NCBI GenBank assembly: GCA_050951325.1
Contig: JBMNIW010000004.1
Span: forward strand, 32,001 to 96,000
Direction of reading: 5' to 3'
DNA: 64,000 nucleotides
Source: Clostridia bacterium
GTDB taxonomy: Bacteria; Bacillota; Clostridia; UBA1212; DUPL01
The notes under the pieces are model-generated. The model searched no databases. It saw only the letters and a list, made by a program, of their open reading frames with translations, and had not been told where the DNA came from. Positions 9,595 to 19,456 of this stretch are shown piece by piece. Position numbers and translations under genes: made by a program. The first letter of the stretch is position 1, and every line of letters begins with the position of its first letter.

Positions 9595-10596
9595 ATGGAC
9601 TATAGAAATGTAAAAAAAAGACTTGTATTCTCTACATCAAACAACCCATGGTTCAATCTGGCTCTTGAGGAGTATCTTTTCAACACCATGGAAGACGACA
9701 CAGTTATTATGTACTTGTGGCAGAATGAAAACACAGTAGTTATTGGAAAAACACAGAATGCATGGAAGGAATGCAGAACCGCCCTTCTTGAAGAGGAAGG
9801 CGGATACCTCGCAAGACGCAGCACAGGCGGCGGTGCGGTTTACCATGACCTCGGCAACATGTGTTATACATTCATGGCGTCTTCCAATTTGTACGATCTT
9901 GAAAGGCAGCTCAAAGTGATTCTTGGTGCTGTTAGGGACCAAGGTATTGAAGCCCAGTTCACCGGTAGAAACGATATAACTTTAATGGATGGAAGAAAGT
10001 TCTCCGGTAATGCATTCAAGTTCATAAAGGACAAGGGACTCATGCACGGCACGTTGCTTCTCAATACAGATTCGTCTGTAATGGCAAGATATCTGCAGGT
10101 GTCGAAAGCAAAAATGCAGGCAAAAGGAGTGGAATCAGTCCGTTCCAGGGTTGCAAACCTTATAGAATTGAACCCCGATATTACTCCTGAAAAGATATCC
10201 GAATCATTAAAAAAGGAATTTTCAAAAGAGTACGGTTCTTGGGAAACCGAAGAAATATACGGCATGTATGACGATATCCCCGAGGAACTAAAGAAACTGT
10301 ACGAGAAGTACTCATCATGGGAATTCAGATACGGTGAAACCCCTTCCTTTGACATGGCATTTGAAAACAGGTTCACATGGGGTGGAATAGACATTAACTT
10401 GTCGGTTGAAAAAGGCGTTATAACGAAAGCGTATGTTTACTCTGATGCAATGGACACAGCTGTTGCAGAAACACTAGCGGATTTGCTTCCTGGAATCCCT
10501 CTTGACAGGGATGAGATACTTGATAAATTAAATGAAGCAGGTATAAATCTTACTGAACTTAAAGATGTGAAAAACTGGCTTGCGGAAGTCCTTTAG
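9595..10596 (+). CDS. lplA: Lipoate-protein ligase A
   Basis: [34 protein letters not shown] and HGTLL motifs. Confidence 0.93.
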   Translation: MDYRNVKKRLVFSTSNNPWFNLALEEYLFNTMEDDTVIMYLWQNENTVVIGKTQNAWKECRTALLEEEGGYLARRSTGGGAVYHDLGNMCYTFMASSNLYDLERQLKVILGAVRDQGIEAQFTGRNDITLMDGRKFSGNAFKFIKDKGLMHGTLLLNTDSSVMARYLQVSKAKMQAKGVESVRSRVANLIELNPDITPEKISESLKKEFSKEYGSWETEEIYGMYDDIPEELKKLYEKYSSWEFRYGETPSFDMAFENRFTWGGIDINLSVEKGVITKAYVYSDAMDTAVAETLADLLPGIPLDRDEILDKLNEAGINLTELKDVKNWLAEVL

Positions 10597-11099
10597 GACT
10601 TACCGCAACATTTTTTATACTTCTTTCCACTGCCGCAAGTACAGGGATCGTTTCTTCCAACAGTATTTTCTCTTACTGCCTGTCCTTCCCTTCTGTACTC
10701 AAACAAAAGATCGCGTCTTTTTTCTTCATCGAAGATGCCTTCCCATTCAGGTAGATTGTAAAGCCAGTCAGCCTTTGCCTTGTGCATGTTCTTGTACAGC
10801 CTTGCCCAGTCAACAGTTGCACAAACCTCTGTTTCAGGTCCCAACTGCTCCGCATCAATGGAAGGGTCAACTGACTCAGCGATGCCGTCCATAAACGCAG
10901 CAAACTCGTAATCTTCCATTCCAAATTTCTCTGCAAGTTCGGAAACTATTCCCGATATCTCAGGATTCTTTTCTCCGAGAATTCTTGCATATGCATTTTC
11001 CTCTTTTTTGTAATACCCTTTAATATACTCGTTTAGTGCATTACCTCTTAAATTTTGCAAATTATCTTTCCACTTTTCAAGCAAACTCAATTCAATCAC
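10593..11099 (-). CDS. SEC-C metal-binding domain protein
   Basis: C-terminal [19 protein letters not shown]; LYKNM..AKADWLY.L.EW conserved clostridial family motif. Confidence 0.9.
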   Translation of the reverse strand: MIELSLLEKWKDNLQNLRGNALNEYIKGYYKKEENAYARILGEKNPEISGIVSELAEKFGMEDYEFAAFMDGIAESVDPSIDAEQLGPETEVCATVDWARLYKNMHKAKADWLYNLPEWEGIFDEEKRRDLLFEYRREGQAVRENTVGRNDPCTCGSGKKYKKCCGKS

Positions 11100-11892
11100 T
11101 CTTTCTTACAACTTCATATATCATAAGTGCGGCAGCTACCGACGCATTTAACGATTCCGCTCTTCCCGGCATGGGAATATATATCTTGTAATCGCAAACT
11201 GAAAGCATTTTATCGCTAACACCATTTGCCTCGTTTCCAATCACAATGCAGTTGTGATTTCCAAACTCTGTTTCAAAAGAACTCAAGTCTCCCCTGGGAT
11301 GAGCACAGTACAGTTTAAAACCTCTTTCTTTAAGTTTCACAGCAAAATCTTTTGTATCCTCATCCAGCATGACAATATCTATGCGAAAGATGGATCCCAC
11401 TGTCGACCTGAGCACTTTCGAATTGTACACATCTACCGTACCTTTAGAACACACAACCGCATCAAAACCCGCCGCATCTGCTGTTCTAATAATTGTACCC
11501 ATGTTGCCCGGGTCCTGCAGATTTTCCAAAAGCACAATATTCCTCATATTGGATAAAGCACTTTTATTAATAACTGGAATTTGAAAAACTCCCCCAATAC
11601 CTTGAGGAGTTTTCGTATCACTCAACTGTGAAAACACCTTGTCATTTGCTATCAATAAAACTTGCTTCGCATCAATTCCTTGTGCGAAGCAAATATCCAA
11701 AAGTTCCACATATGAGTCTTGTTTTGTGTAGGATTCCGAAACCAGCAGCATTTGCGGTCTTTTACCTAACAGAATGCCTTCTGTTACGGCTCTGTGACCT
11801 TCGATGTAAAAGCAGTTGTGCTTTTCCCTGAATTTTCGCTTGCTCAGACTCCTTACAAATTTAATCTTCGTGTTTTGATCACTGGTAATCAT
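11092..11892 (-). CDS. TrmH/SpoU family RNA methyltransferase
   Basis: [20 protein letters not shown] and [14 protein letters not shown] motifs. Confidence 0.92.
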   Translation of the reverse strand: MITSDQNTKIKFVRSLSKRKFREKHNCFYIEGHRAVTEGILLGKRPQMLLVSESYTKQDSYVELLDICFAQGIDAKQVLLIANDKVFSQLSDTKTPQGIGGVFQIPVINKSALSNMRNIVLLENLQDPGNMGTIIRTADAAGFDAVVCSKGTVDVYNSKVLRSTVGSIFRIDIVMLDEDTKDFAVKLKERGFKLYCAHPRGDLSSFETEFGNHNCIVIGNEANGVSDKMLSVCDYKIYIPMPGRAESLNASVAAALMIYEVVRKSD

Positions 11893-11893
11893 G

Positions 11894-12244
11894 TTACTTT
11901 GCTTTTACAGTCTCAACCAACTTTGCAAAAGCTTCCATATCATTTACAGCCATGTCAGCAAGAACTTTTCTGTTCAGGTGGATGTTTTTCTCCTTAAGTC
12001 CATGCATGAACTTGCTGTAGGACATGCCGTTCATTCTTGCAGCGGCATTGATTCTTGTAATCCAGAGTCTTCTGAAGTCTCTCTTCTTGCGTCTTCTATC
12101 TCTATATGCATAATTAGCAGATTTGATAACAGCCTGGTTTGCGGTTCTGAACACTTTGCTCTTTCTGCCAAAATAACCTTTTGCCAGCTTCAGGACTTTT
12201 TTACGTCTTGCTCTTGTTTGTACTGAATTCTTAACTCTTGCCAT
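11894..12244 (-). CDS. rplT: 50S ribosomal protein L20
   Basis: MARVK...[29 protein letters not shown]. Confidence 0.98.
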   Translation of the reverse strand: MARVKNSVQTRARRKKVLKLAKGYFGRKSKVFRTANQAVIKSANYAYRDRRRKKRDFRRLWITRINAAARMNGMSYSKFMHGLKEKNIHLNRKVLADMAVNDMEAFAKLVETVKAK

Positions 12245-12259
12245 TTTCACATTCCTCCC

Positions 12260-12457
12260 TTACGAATATGGAAGCAGTTTCTTAACAACTGCTGAATTTG
12301 ATTTTGCTGCAAAAGTTGGCATCTTGTGTCTTTTCTTTGCACTCTTTGACTTACTTACCAGTCTGTGACGTCTATTCGCATGACTCATTTTTACTTTACC
12401 ACCAGCAGAGATCTTGAATCTCTTCTTAGAAGAACTGTGGGTTTTCAATTTTGGCAT
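12260..12457 (-). CDS. rpmI: 50S ribosomal protein L35
   Basis: MPKLKTH...KKRFK; position between infC and rplT. Confidence 0.96.
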   Translation of the reverse strand: MPKLKTHSSSKKRFKISAGGKVKMSHANRRHRLVSKSKSAKKRHKMPTFAAKSNSAVVKKLLPYS

Positions 12458-12515
12458 AATAATTCCTCCATATCGCTTCATAATATTATAATAACAACAC
12501 TTGTTGGGTAATCTG

Positions 12516-13025
12516 CTATTTTGGATTGATGATAACAGACATGCGTCTTCCTTCGAGTTTTGGTTTCTTTTCCATAGTCCCTACTTCAGACACGCACTCA
12601 ACAAAGCGGTTGATTAATTCGTGTCCTCTGTCTGTAAAATTCATTTCTCGTCCAACAAACCTAACGGTCAGCTTGACCTTGTCCTCACTCTTCAGGAACC
12701 GGATTGCTTGTTTGACCTTAACATTAAAATCATGTTCGCCTATGTCAAGACCAATTCTAACCTCTTTGACATTGACAATCTTTTGATTCTTTCTGACCTC
12801 TTTTTCCTTCTTGGCCAAATCGAACATATACTTTCCATAGTCCATTATCTTGCACACTGGCGGATTCGCATTCGGTGCAATTTTGACCAAATCCAGGTTT
12901 TTCTCATAGGCAATTTTCAGCGCTTCCTTCGAAGAAACAATTCCAAGGGCTTTTCCGGTCTCATCGACAAGCCTAACTTCCCTGTCTCTGATTTCTTCGT
13001 TTATCATCAGTTCATTCTTGCTAAT
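12516..13025 (-). CDS. infC: Translation initiation factor IF-3, non-canonical ATT start
   Basis: INEEIR..EVRLV and PPVCKIMDYGKY motifs; GGAGG-8nt-ATT at 13025, the known autoregulatory AUU start. Confidence 0.95.
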   Translation of the reverse strand: MSKNELMINEEIRDREVRLVDETGKALGIVSSKEALKIAYEKNLDLVKIAPNANPPVCKIMDYGKYMFDLAKKEKEVRKNQKIVNVKEVRIGLDIGEHDFNVKVKQAIRFLKSEDKVKLTVRFVGREMNFTDRGHELINRFVECVSEVGTMEKKPKLEGRRMSVIINPK

Positions 13026-13035
13026 AGCAGACACC

Positions 13036-13168
13036 TCCAAAAAGATATAGCGGATTAGAATAAAGTCTAATCCGCTTGAACTCAAACAAAACAAGATACA
13101 TTTAATATCCTTTGTCAGTAACCTGGGCTGCCAATGGCACCAAGGTGAGAAGCGGAAGACTTCTTCTT
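13036..13168 (-). ncRNA. Ribosomal protein L20 leader (cis-regulatory RNA)
   Basis: GAAG..CCGCTTCTCACC 5' motif and attenuator hairpin AGCGGATTAGA/TCTAATCCGCT upstream of infC. Confidence 0.8.
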
Positions 13169-13180
13169 AAATCCTTTAGT

Positions 13181-13209
13181 ATTCTATCATCAATATGCAA
13201 TTGTGTCAA
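13181..13209 (-). promoter_or_regulatory. sigmaA promoter of the infC operon
   Basis: TTGACA-17-TAGAAT with extended -10 TG. Confidence 0.75.
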
Positions 13210-13220
13210 ACACTTTTTTT

Positions 13221-13250
13221 GCATAAAATTATGCAAAATCATTCATACTA
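13221..13250 (+). promoter_or_regulatory. sigmaG-like forespore promoter
   Basis: GCATA-N18-CATACTA matches the sigmaG consensus GHATR-18-CATACTA. Confidence 0.6.
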
Positions 13251-13272
13251 TTAAAAAATCCCGGAGGAAATC

Positions 13273-13701
13273 ATGAAAAAAGACGCAGACCTTCTAAACA
13301 ATATATACCAAAACTCCCAGATGGGAGTCAATACGATGAAACAGCTAATTGAAATAACAGAGGATGAAAATTTCAAAAAGCAGCTGGAAGAGCAGTACAA
13401 GGAATACAAAGAGATAAGAAAGCTTGCAGAGCAAAAATTAAATGAAAGAGGATATGACGAAAAAGGAATCAATACCTTCGACAAGATTAAGACATACCTT
13501 ATGATAAACTTTCAAACATTAACCGACAAATCCACATCCCATATTGCAGAGATGCTTATGATTGGCAGCATGATGGGAATCATTAATGCTGTAAGGAATC
13601 TAAAGGAGCATAAAGATTGTGAAAACGACATCCTCGACCTTATGGAACGTCTATTAAAATTCGAAGAACACAATATCCAAAAACTGAAAGAATACTTGTA
13701 A
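13273..13701 (+). CDS. Conserved hypothetical protein, predicted ferritin-like helical bundle, probably sporulation-associated
   Basis: GGAGG RBS; all-helical pattern with SHIAEML.IGS.MG and EEHNI..LKEYL motifs. Confidence 0.7.
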   Translation: MKKDADLLNNIYQNSQMGVNTMKQLIEITEDENFKKQLEEQYKEYKEIRKLAEQKLNERGYDEKGINTFDKIKTYLMINFQTLTDKSTSHIAEMLMIGSMMGIINAVRNLKEHKDCENDILDLMERLLKFEEHNIQKLKEYL

Positions 13702-13728
13702 TCCTGAATGCATGACGCATTCAGGATT
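13700..13728. terminator. Terminator-like hairpin between convergent genes
   Basis: Perfect 12-bp stem AATCCTGAATGC-ATGAC-GCATTCAGGATT. Confidence 0.7.
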
Positions 13729-13863
13729 TAACCTTCATTACTCATACACCTTTCAACTCTTCCGTCCTAACTAAGTTTTCTACAGTACATCCACCCGAAT
13801 TCCATTTTAGAAATAAAAGGTACTCTTCACCGAAATCCATAAAAGAATCACCACTTAAGGCAT

Positions 13864-14735
13864 TCAAGATTGTTCAAGTTCAACAACAAACGGCATAGGT
13901 TCAGACAAATTATTTCCTCTAACCTTTGAAAATACTGTGGTGTTAAAATAGGCACAGCTTTTACCATCCCCGGATATTAAAACATATATGTTTTCCACCT
14001 TAATCCAGCATTCCGTTTTGAAGTAATCACTAATACTTTTTACCATTGCCTTCTCGCACTCTTTTACATCAATATTGAACTCTCTGTTTTTAAACTCTTG
14101 CAGGTATTCCATGTTTGGAAGAAAAACTCCTACAATCTCGCCCTGGGCGGTGACCGATACCTCTGGCATGGTTGCACCGGCCTTGTAACCGTCAAACTCC
14201 ATAGAATAGCTGTAAACTCCAATGTCACTAAAACTGTTTGCATTGCGGCGCGGCATGTTAACTTCATCCACCTTGAAATCTCCCAAATCAACATACTTGC
14301 TCAGAAACTCATTTGCTATCTCTGCCAGATCCTGTTTATTTTTTATAGACCTCGCCTCTGTCACTTTTAAATTATGAATTCTGTGCAGTTTATCTGTTCC
14401 TGAAACGAAAAAGATCATCGGCTTGTTGATGCTTCCGTTAAAATACGGTTCGGCATTCAACACTGAATAAACATCGACATCATAACCAAAGCTTACCCCT
14501 TTTGGCCTGGTATATTCGTACTGAAGCTCATATGTAACACCATTGATTTCATATTCCATTCGTTTTCCCGACAACTTATCCAAAACAACCTTATCCGGAT
14601 GCAAATCCTTATCATGCACACGGCAATTGTAGACTGTTAAATAACTTTCTTCAACTTCCACTTCAGCTTCTTCACAGGCTGATGCGGCAAACAATAAAAC
14701 AAGACACAAGACAAAAACATGCACCGCTTAATCAT
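13864..14735 (-). CDS. Hypothetical lipoprotein with an apparent 1-nt frameshift in the signal peptide
   Basis: Long ORF 13864-14724 carries the hydrophobic core and lipobox ASAC, but the AGGAGG-preceded ATG at 14735 (MIKRCMF) is out of frame. Confidence 0.6.
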
Positions 14736-14824
14736 TACAAGCCTCCTGTAATTCTTTTACGTTATTGCTATTATCAGTATAGCAATTTTTGGTTTTTGCC
14801 GTGTGTCCTTTATGTAAATATTCC

Positions 14825-16564
14825 TTATTCAAACTGTGAATAGTACATCTCGTAGTACATGCCCTTTTTCTTCAAAAGGTCCTCATGTGTTCCCATTTCC
14901 ACAATGTTGCCTTCATCCACCACAAGTATTACGTCAGAATTCCTTATGGTGGACAACCTGTGGGCAATAACAAAGCAGGTTTTGTCCTTCATCAGGTTTC
15001 TCATGGCTTTTTGAATCTTAATCTCGGTATTCGTATCCACATTGGATGTGGCTTCGTCAAGAATCAGTATTTTTGCATCTATCAGCATGGCTCGTGCAAT
15101 AGTAAGAAGCTGTTTCTGCCCTTTGGATATGTTGGCAGCATCATCACTGAGGACTGTATCATATCCCTTTGGCAATTTTTCAATAAAGGAGTGTATCATT
15201 GCAGCTTTTGCAGCTTCCTCGACTTCCTCTCTTGATGCATTTTCCTTCCCATACGCAATGTTTTCAAATACTGTTCCGCTGAAAAGCCAGGTATCCTGAA
15301 GCACCATGGCATAAGACTTTCTCAAACTCGCCCTGGTTATGTCTTCAACAGGAACACCATCAACAAGTATTATTCCATCATCCACATCGTAAAATCTCAT
15401 AAGAAGATTAATGAGGGTTGTTTTTCCCGCACCAGTCTTCCCCACAATTGCAACCAAACTTCCTTTGGGAGCAATCAAATTTAAATTCTTTATAACCAAC
15501 TTATCCTTTGTATACCCAAAGTTTACATCCTCAAGCTTTACATCTCCTTCCACACCATCAAGAACAACTGCATCCTTGGAGTCTTCCTTCTCAGGTTCCT
15601 CGTCTAGCAATCGAAAGACCCTTTCAGCAGCAGCCAGTGCTGACTGCAATTCTGTTGCAATATTGGCCATCTCGTTAATCGGTCCCGAGAACTTCCTGGA
15701 GTACAATACAAAGGATGCGATATCTCCAAGACTTATCGTTCTGTATAGGTACATGATGGCACCAAACACACTGATAAGCGAGAGCGACAGGTTGTTGACA
15801 AAGTTTATGGAAGGGCCTGTCATGCTGCCGTAATATTCTGACTTATAGTAAGCGGTGGCAGTCTTTTCGTTATAGTCCACAAACTTGTCAATTGTAGAAT
15901 CTTCACTATTGTATGCCCTCAAGGTTTTTTGTCCGGTTACCATTTCCTCGACAAAGCCATTCATTTCGCCCAGTCTTGCAGACCTTGCCTTGAAAAGTGG
16001 ACTCGTTCTTTTTGTTATGAACCTAGTTAAAAATATGGATGTGGGTACTGTAAATGCAAACACAAGCACCAGATATGGAGATATCACCAGCATCATGACA
16101 AGAGATCCTATGACGGTTATAAAGCTGGCGGATATCTGTACAAGGTCCGATGACAGCGAAGTATTTATAGTATCAATGTCATACGACATCCTGCTGATAA
16201 TGTCTCCCGTAGGATTCACATCGAAAAATCCTACCGGAAGCGTTGTTATCTTCTCAAACACATCTTTCCTCATGTTGTAAACAACCTTTCGGCTTATGTA
16301 AACCATGAGCAAGGATAACAGATACGTAAGAATCGAGGACAAAAGGTAGACAACAAGCATCAAAACAGCTATTTGAAAAACTTTTTGAAAATTGACACTA
16401 CCCGTTCCCGGCTCAATATAGCTGATGGCTTTACCAGACATCATGGGACCAATGAGGTTGAAGGCATTGCCGATTATGGTAAGCACCAATGCCAGAACGA
16501 GATGCCATTTGAAATCCTTCATGTATTGCAAAAGCCTAATAACCGTATGCTTTTTTTTCTTCAT
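14825..16564 (-). CDS. Heterodimeric multidrug-type ABC exporter, ATP-binding/permease subunit B
   Basis: TMD plus GKTGAGKT, ISKGQKQ and ILDEATS (consensus site). Confidence 0.92.
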   Translation of the reverse strand: MKKKKHTVIRLLQYMKDFKWHLVLALVLTIIGNAFNLIGPMMSGKAISYIEPGTGSVNFQKVFQIAVLMLVVYLLSSILTYLLSLLMVYISRKVVYNMRKDVFEKITTLPVGFFDVNPTGDIISRMSYDIDTINTSLSSDLVQISASFITVIGSLVMMLVISPYLVLVFAFTVPTSIFLTRFITKRTSPLFKARSARLGEMNGFVEEMVTGQKTLRAYNSEDSTIDKFVDYNEKTATAYYKSEYYGSMTGPSINFVNNLSLSLISVFGAIMYLYRTISLGDIASFVLYSRKFSGPINEMANIATELQSALAAAERVFRLLDEEPEKEDSKDAVVLDGVEGDVKLEDVNFGYTKDKLVIKNLNLIAPKGSLVAIVGKTGAGKTTLINLLMRFYDVDDGIILVDGVPVEDITRASLRKSYAMVLQDTWLFSGTVFENIAYGKENASREEVEEAAKAAMIHSFIEKLPKGYDTVLSDDAANISKGQKQLLTIARAMLIDAKILILDEATSNVDTNTEIKIQKAMRNLMKDKTCFVIAHRLSTIRNSDVILVVDEGNIVEMGTHEDLLKKKGMYYEMYYSQFE

Positions 16565-18273
16565 ACCAGCATCTCTCCCATCTGCGTGCTTGCAATCTCC
16601 TGATACAGCTCGTTGGATTTAATCAGTTCATCATGCGTGCCATACCCCAGTATCCTTCCTTCATCCAAAACAATAATTCGTTCTGCATGTTTTATGGAAC
16701 TTATCCTCTGAGCAATAATAATTGTGGTAGTACCTTTGTAGTGTTTCTTGAGTTCCCTTCGCAGCGAAGCATCCGTCTTGTAGTCAAGAGCACTGGATGC
16801 ATCGTCCAGTATCAATATTTCAGGCCTTCCCGCTAGTGCCCTTGCAATTAAAAGTCTTTGCTTCTGTCCACCTGAGAAATTGGCTCCCTTGATGGACAGC
16901 ATGAAATCAAGACCTACACCTTTTACAAAATCAGACGCCTGGGCATGCTCTATCGACCTGCTGATATCCTCAATACTGATTTCCCTTCCAAGCTTAATAT
17001 TCTCAGCTACTGTATCTCTGAAAAGAGCATCGTTTTGGAATACAACGCCAAACCTTCTTCTAAGATCCTTAAGGTCATAGCTTCTTACATCCTTGCCATC
17101 AATTCTGATGGAGCCTTTGTCGGGGTCGTAGAATCTCATCAACAGTTTTAACAAAGTGCTTTTACCAGAACCTGTCGCCCCGATAATTCCCAAAGTCTCA
17201 CCCTTTTTAATCCCAAAGGAAATATCCGAAACATCATCCTTCACTTTGTTGTATGAAAATGACACGTTTTCAAAGGTAATGAAATCCTCATCGTCTTTTT
17301 CCAGGATGTTTTCAAAAGATGTTGTATCAGATGGCTTAACTTCCAGAACTTCCTGAATTCTATTGGCAGAAGCAATGGACCTTGAGAATACCGTAAATAT
17401 TCTTGTAATGGAAAGCATGGCATTTAGAATAATAGTGAAGTATGTAAGGAAAGCAACAATCTTTCCAACCTCTGAAACACCTGCATTTACTCTAAAGGCT
17501 CCCAACAATATTACTCCCACAAGACCGCCCTGAAGGAGAAAGTTCATGGCAGGCTTTATTGTATTGAGAACCATGTTTGCCTTGTTCTCATCATTCATTA
17601 CCTTTTTATTCACCTTGTCAAACCTATCTTTTTCATAATCCGACTTGGATAATGCTTTAATAACGCGTACACCGGTAATGTTTTCTCTAAGAACCCTTAT
17701 CATATCCTCCGTGGATTCCTGCACAGTTCTAAACAGAGGAATGCCCTTGGAAGACACTGTGTATGTAATAAAAACTAGAAATACAAGTACAACCACCAAT
17801 ACAAGGGTAAGAACCGGATCAAGAGTTAACGTGACCAAAAGGCCCCCTATTAATAAAATTGGAGCCCTTATGCCAATTCTCTGCATCATTCCCACCATTC
17901 GATGCACGTTGTATGTATCCGATGTCATTCTGGATATCAATGATGGAATGGTGAACTTATCCACATAATCATTTGAAAGATACATGATTTTAGTAAAAAG
18001 ATCATGCCTGATTCTTTGGGTTGTGTACCTTGCCACCAAGGAAGCCATTCTGTTGGCTATAATATTTGTAAGCATGGCAATAATGGAGCAGACTACCATA
18101 AGACCGCCCCAGGCAAGTATTTCCTTAAGATTCTCTTTAGCTATTACATTATCTATTATATATGCCAATATCCATGGCAGTAACAAATCCATTATGGTTC
18201 CAGTAAATTTGATTAGAAACCCAATCGACATTCTGAAATAATATGGTTTTAAATATCTAAAAACAGTGCGCAT
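16561..18273 (-). CDS. Heterodimeric multidrug-type ABC exporter, ATP-binding/permease subunit A
   Basis: TMD plus GATGSGKS, FSGGQKQR, and degenerate ILDDASS and AQR. Confidence 0.92.
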   Translation of the reverse strand: MRTVFRYLKPYYFRMSIGFLIKFTGTIMDLLLPWILAYIIDNVIAKENLKEILAWGGLMVVCSIIAMLTNIIANRMASLVARYTTQRIRHDLFTKIMYLSNDYVDKFTIPSLISRMTSDTYNVHRMVGMMQRIGIRAPILLIGGLLVTLTLDPVLTLVLVVVLVFLVFITYTVSSKGIPLFRTVQESTEDMIRVLRENITGVRVIKALSKSDYEKDRFDKVNKKVMNDENKANMVLNTIKPAMNFLLQGGLVGVILLGAFRVNAGVSEVGKIVAFLTYFTIILNAMLSITRIFTVFSRSIASANRIQEVLEVKPSDTTSFENILEKDDEDFITFENVSFSYNKVKDDVSDISFGIKKGETLGIIGATGSGKSTLLKLLMRFYDPDKGSIRIDGKDVRSYDLKDLRRRFGVVFQNDALFRDTVAENIKLGREISIEDISRSIEHAQASDFVKGVGLDFMLSIKGANFSGGQKQRLLIARALAGRPEILILDDASSALDYKTDASLRRELKKHYKGTTTIIIAQRISSIKHAERIIVLDEGRILGYGTHDELIKSNELYQEIASTQMGEMLV

Positions 18274-18321
18274 ATCATCTCGCCTTCAAAGTGAAGACCC
18301 TCAAAAATCACCGCCCTTTCC

Positions 18322-19446
18322 CTATTTTCTCCAAACAAACTCATTTATTATCTTTGAATAACCCTGTATTATCTTTACTACCTTGATGGAAACATTGTCA
18401 TCTTCGTAATCCAACGGCTCTGAGAAAACATCTCCATTTTCCCAAATCCCCCTTACAAGTTCAATGGACTGAAGGACATCCCTTTCAGTTATTCCACCAA
18501 TTACAATGCTTCCCTTGTCGACAACCTCAGGTCTTTCAGTTGAAGTCCTTATAAGTACTGCAGGGAACTTAAGCATCGAAGATTCTTCCGACAGTGTTCC
18601 ACTGTCGGAAAGGACACAGAAAGACTCCTTCTGAAGCTTGTTGTAATCAAAGAATCCAAAAGGTCTTAGCTGCTTGACCAATGGATGGAACTTGAATTCC
18701 CTTTTCTCGATCATCTTCTGACTTCTTGGGTGAATGGAATAAACAACAGGCATGTTATAAGTTTCCGCCACCTCGTTTATTGCATTCATCAGCGAGAAAA
18801 AGTGTTCCTCATTATCTATATTCTCTTCCCTGTGGGCAGATATCACGAAATATCTATTTTTCTCCAAAGATAACTCCTCAAGAACATTGCTTTTTTCAAT
18901 CTTCTCCATATTCTTGACAATTACTTCTTTCATGGGCGAGCCGGTTACAAAAATATGCTCTTTTCTTATGCCCTCACTCAAAAGATACCTTCTGCTGTGC
19001 TCAGTATACGGAAGATTAATATCACTTATATGGTCTACAATCTTCCTGTTTATTTCCTCAGGAACATTCTGGTCGAAACAGCGATTTCCCGCCTCCATGT
19101 GGAAAATGGGTATCTTGAGCCTCTTTGCCGGAATTGCACTTAAAGCAGAATTGGTGTCTCCAAGTATCAATAGCGCCTCAGGCCTTTCCTTTTCAAGAAC
19201 TTCATACGCCTTTGCTACAATATTGCCTATGGTTTCACCCAGATTACTGCCTGCAGCATTTAGATAATAGTCAGGCTCTCTTAATCCAAGATCTTCAAAA
19301 AACACCTGGTTCAAAGTATAATCCCAGTTCTGGCCCGTGTGTACAAGTATGTGATTGAAATATTTGTCACAAGCCTTTATACATTCCGACAACCTAATAA
19401 TCTCCGGTCTTGTTCCAATAATAGTCATTACCTTCAGCTTTTCCAT
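18322..19446 (-). CDS. UDP-GlcNAc 2-epimerase family, FnlC/CapG-like (UDP-L-FucNAc synthesis)
   Basis: GTRPEIIRLS, HMEAGNRCFD..VPEEINRKIVDH and SDSGT motifs; follows the FnlB-like gene. Confidence 0.9.
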   Translation of the reverse strand: MEKLKVMTIIGTRPEIIRLSECIKACDKYFNHILVHTGQNWDYTLNQVFFEDLGLREPDYYLNAAGSNLGETIGNIVAKAYEVLEKERPEALLILGDTNSALSAIPAKRLKIPIFHMEAGNRCFDQNVPEEINRKIVDHISDINLPYTEHSRRYLLSEGIRKEHIFVTGSPMKEVIVKNMEKIEKSNVLEELSLEKNRYFVISAHREENIDNEEHFFSLMNAINEVAETYNMPVVYSIHPRSQKMIEKREFKFHPLVKQLRPFGFFDYNKLQKESFCVLSDSGTLSEESSMLKFPAVLIRTSTERPEVVDKGSIVIGGITERDVLQSIELVRGIWENGDVFSEPLDYEDDNVSIKVVKIIQGYSKIINEFVWRK

Positions 19447-19456
19447 ATTCTCTCTC

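Noticed and set aside
13026-13094. Upstream TTG start for infC
   Set aside because: Falls inside the L20 leader hairpin; the ATT start with a proper SD is the established pattern
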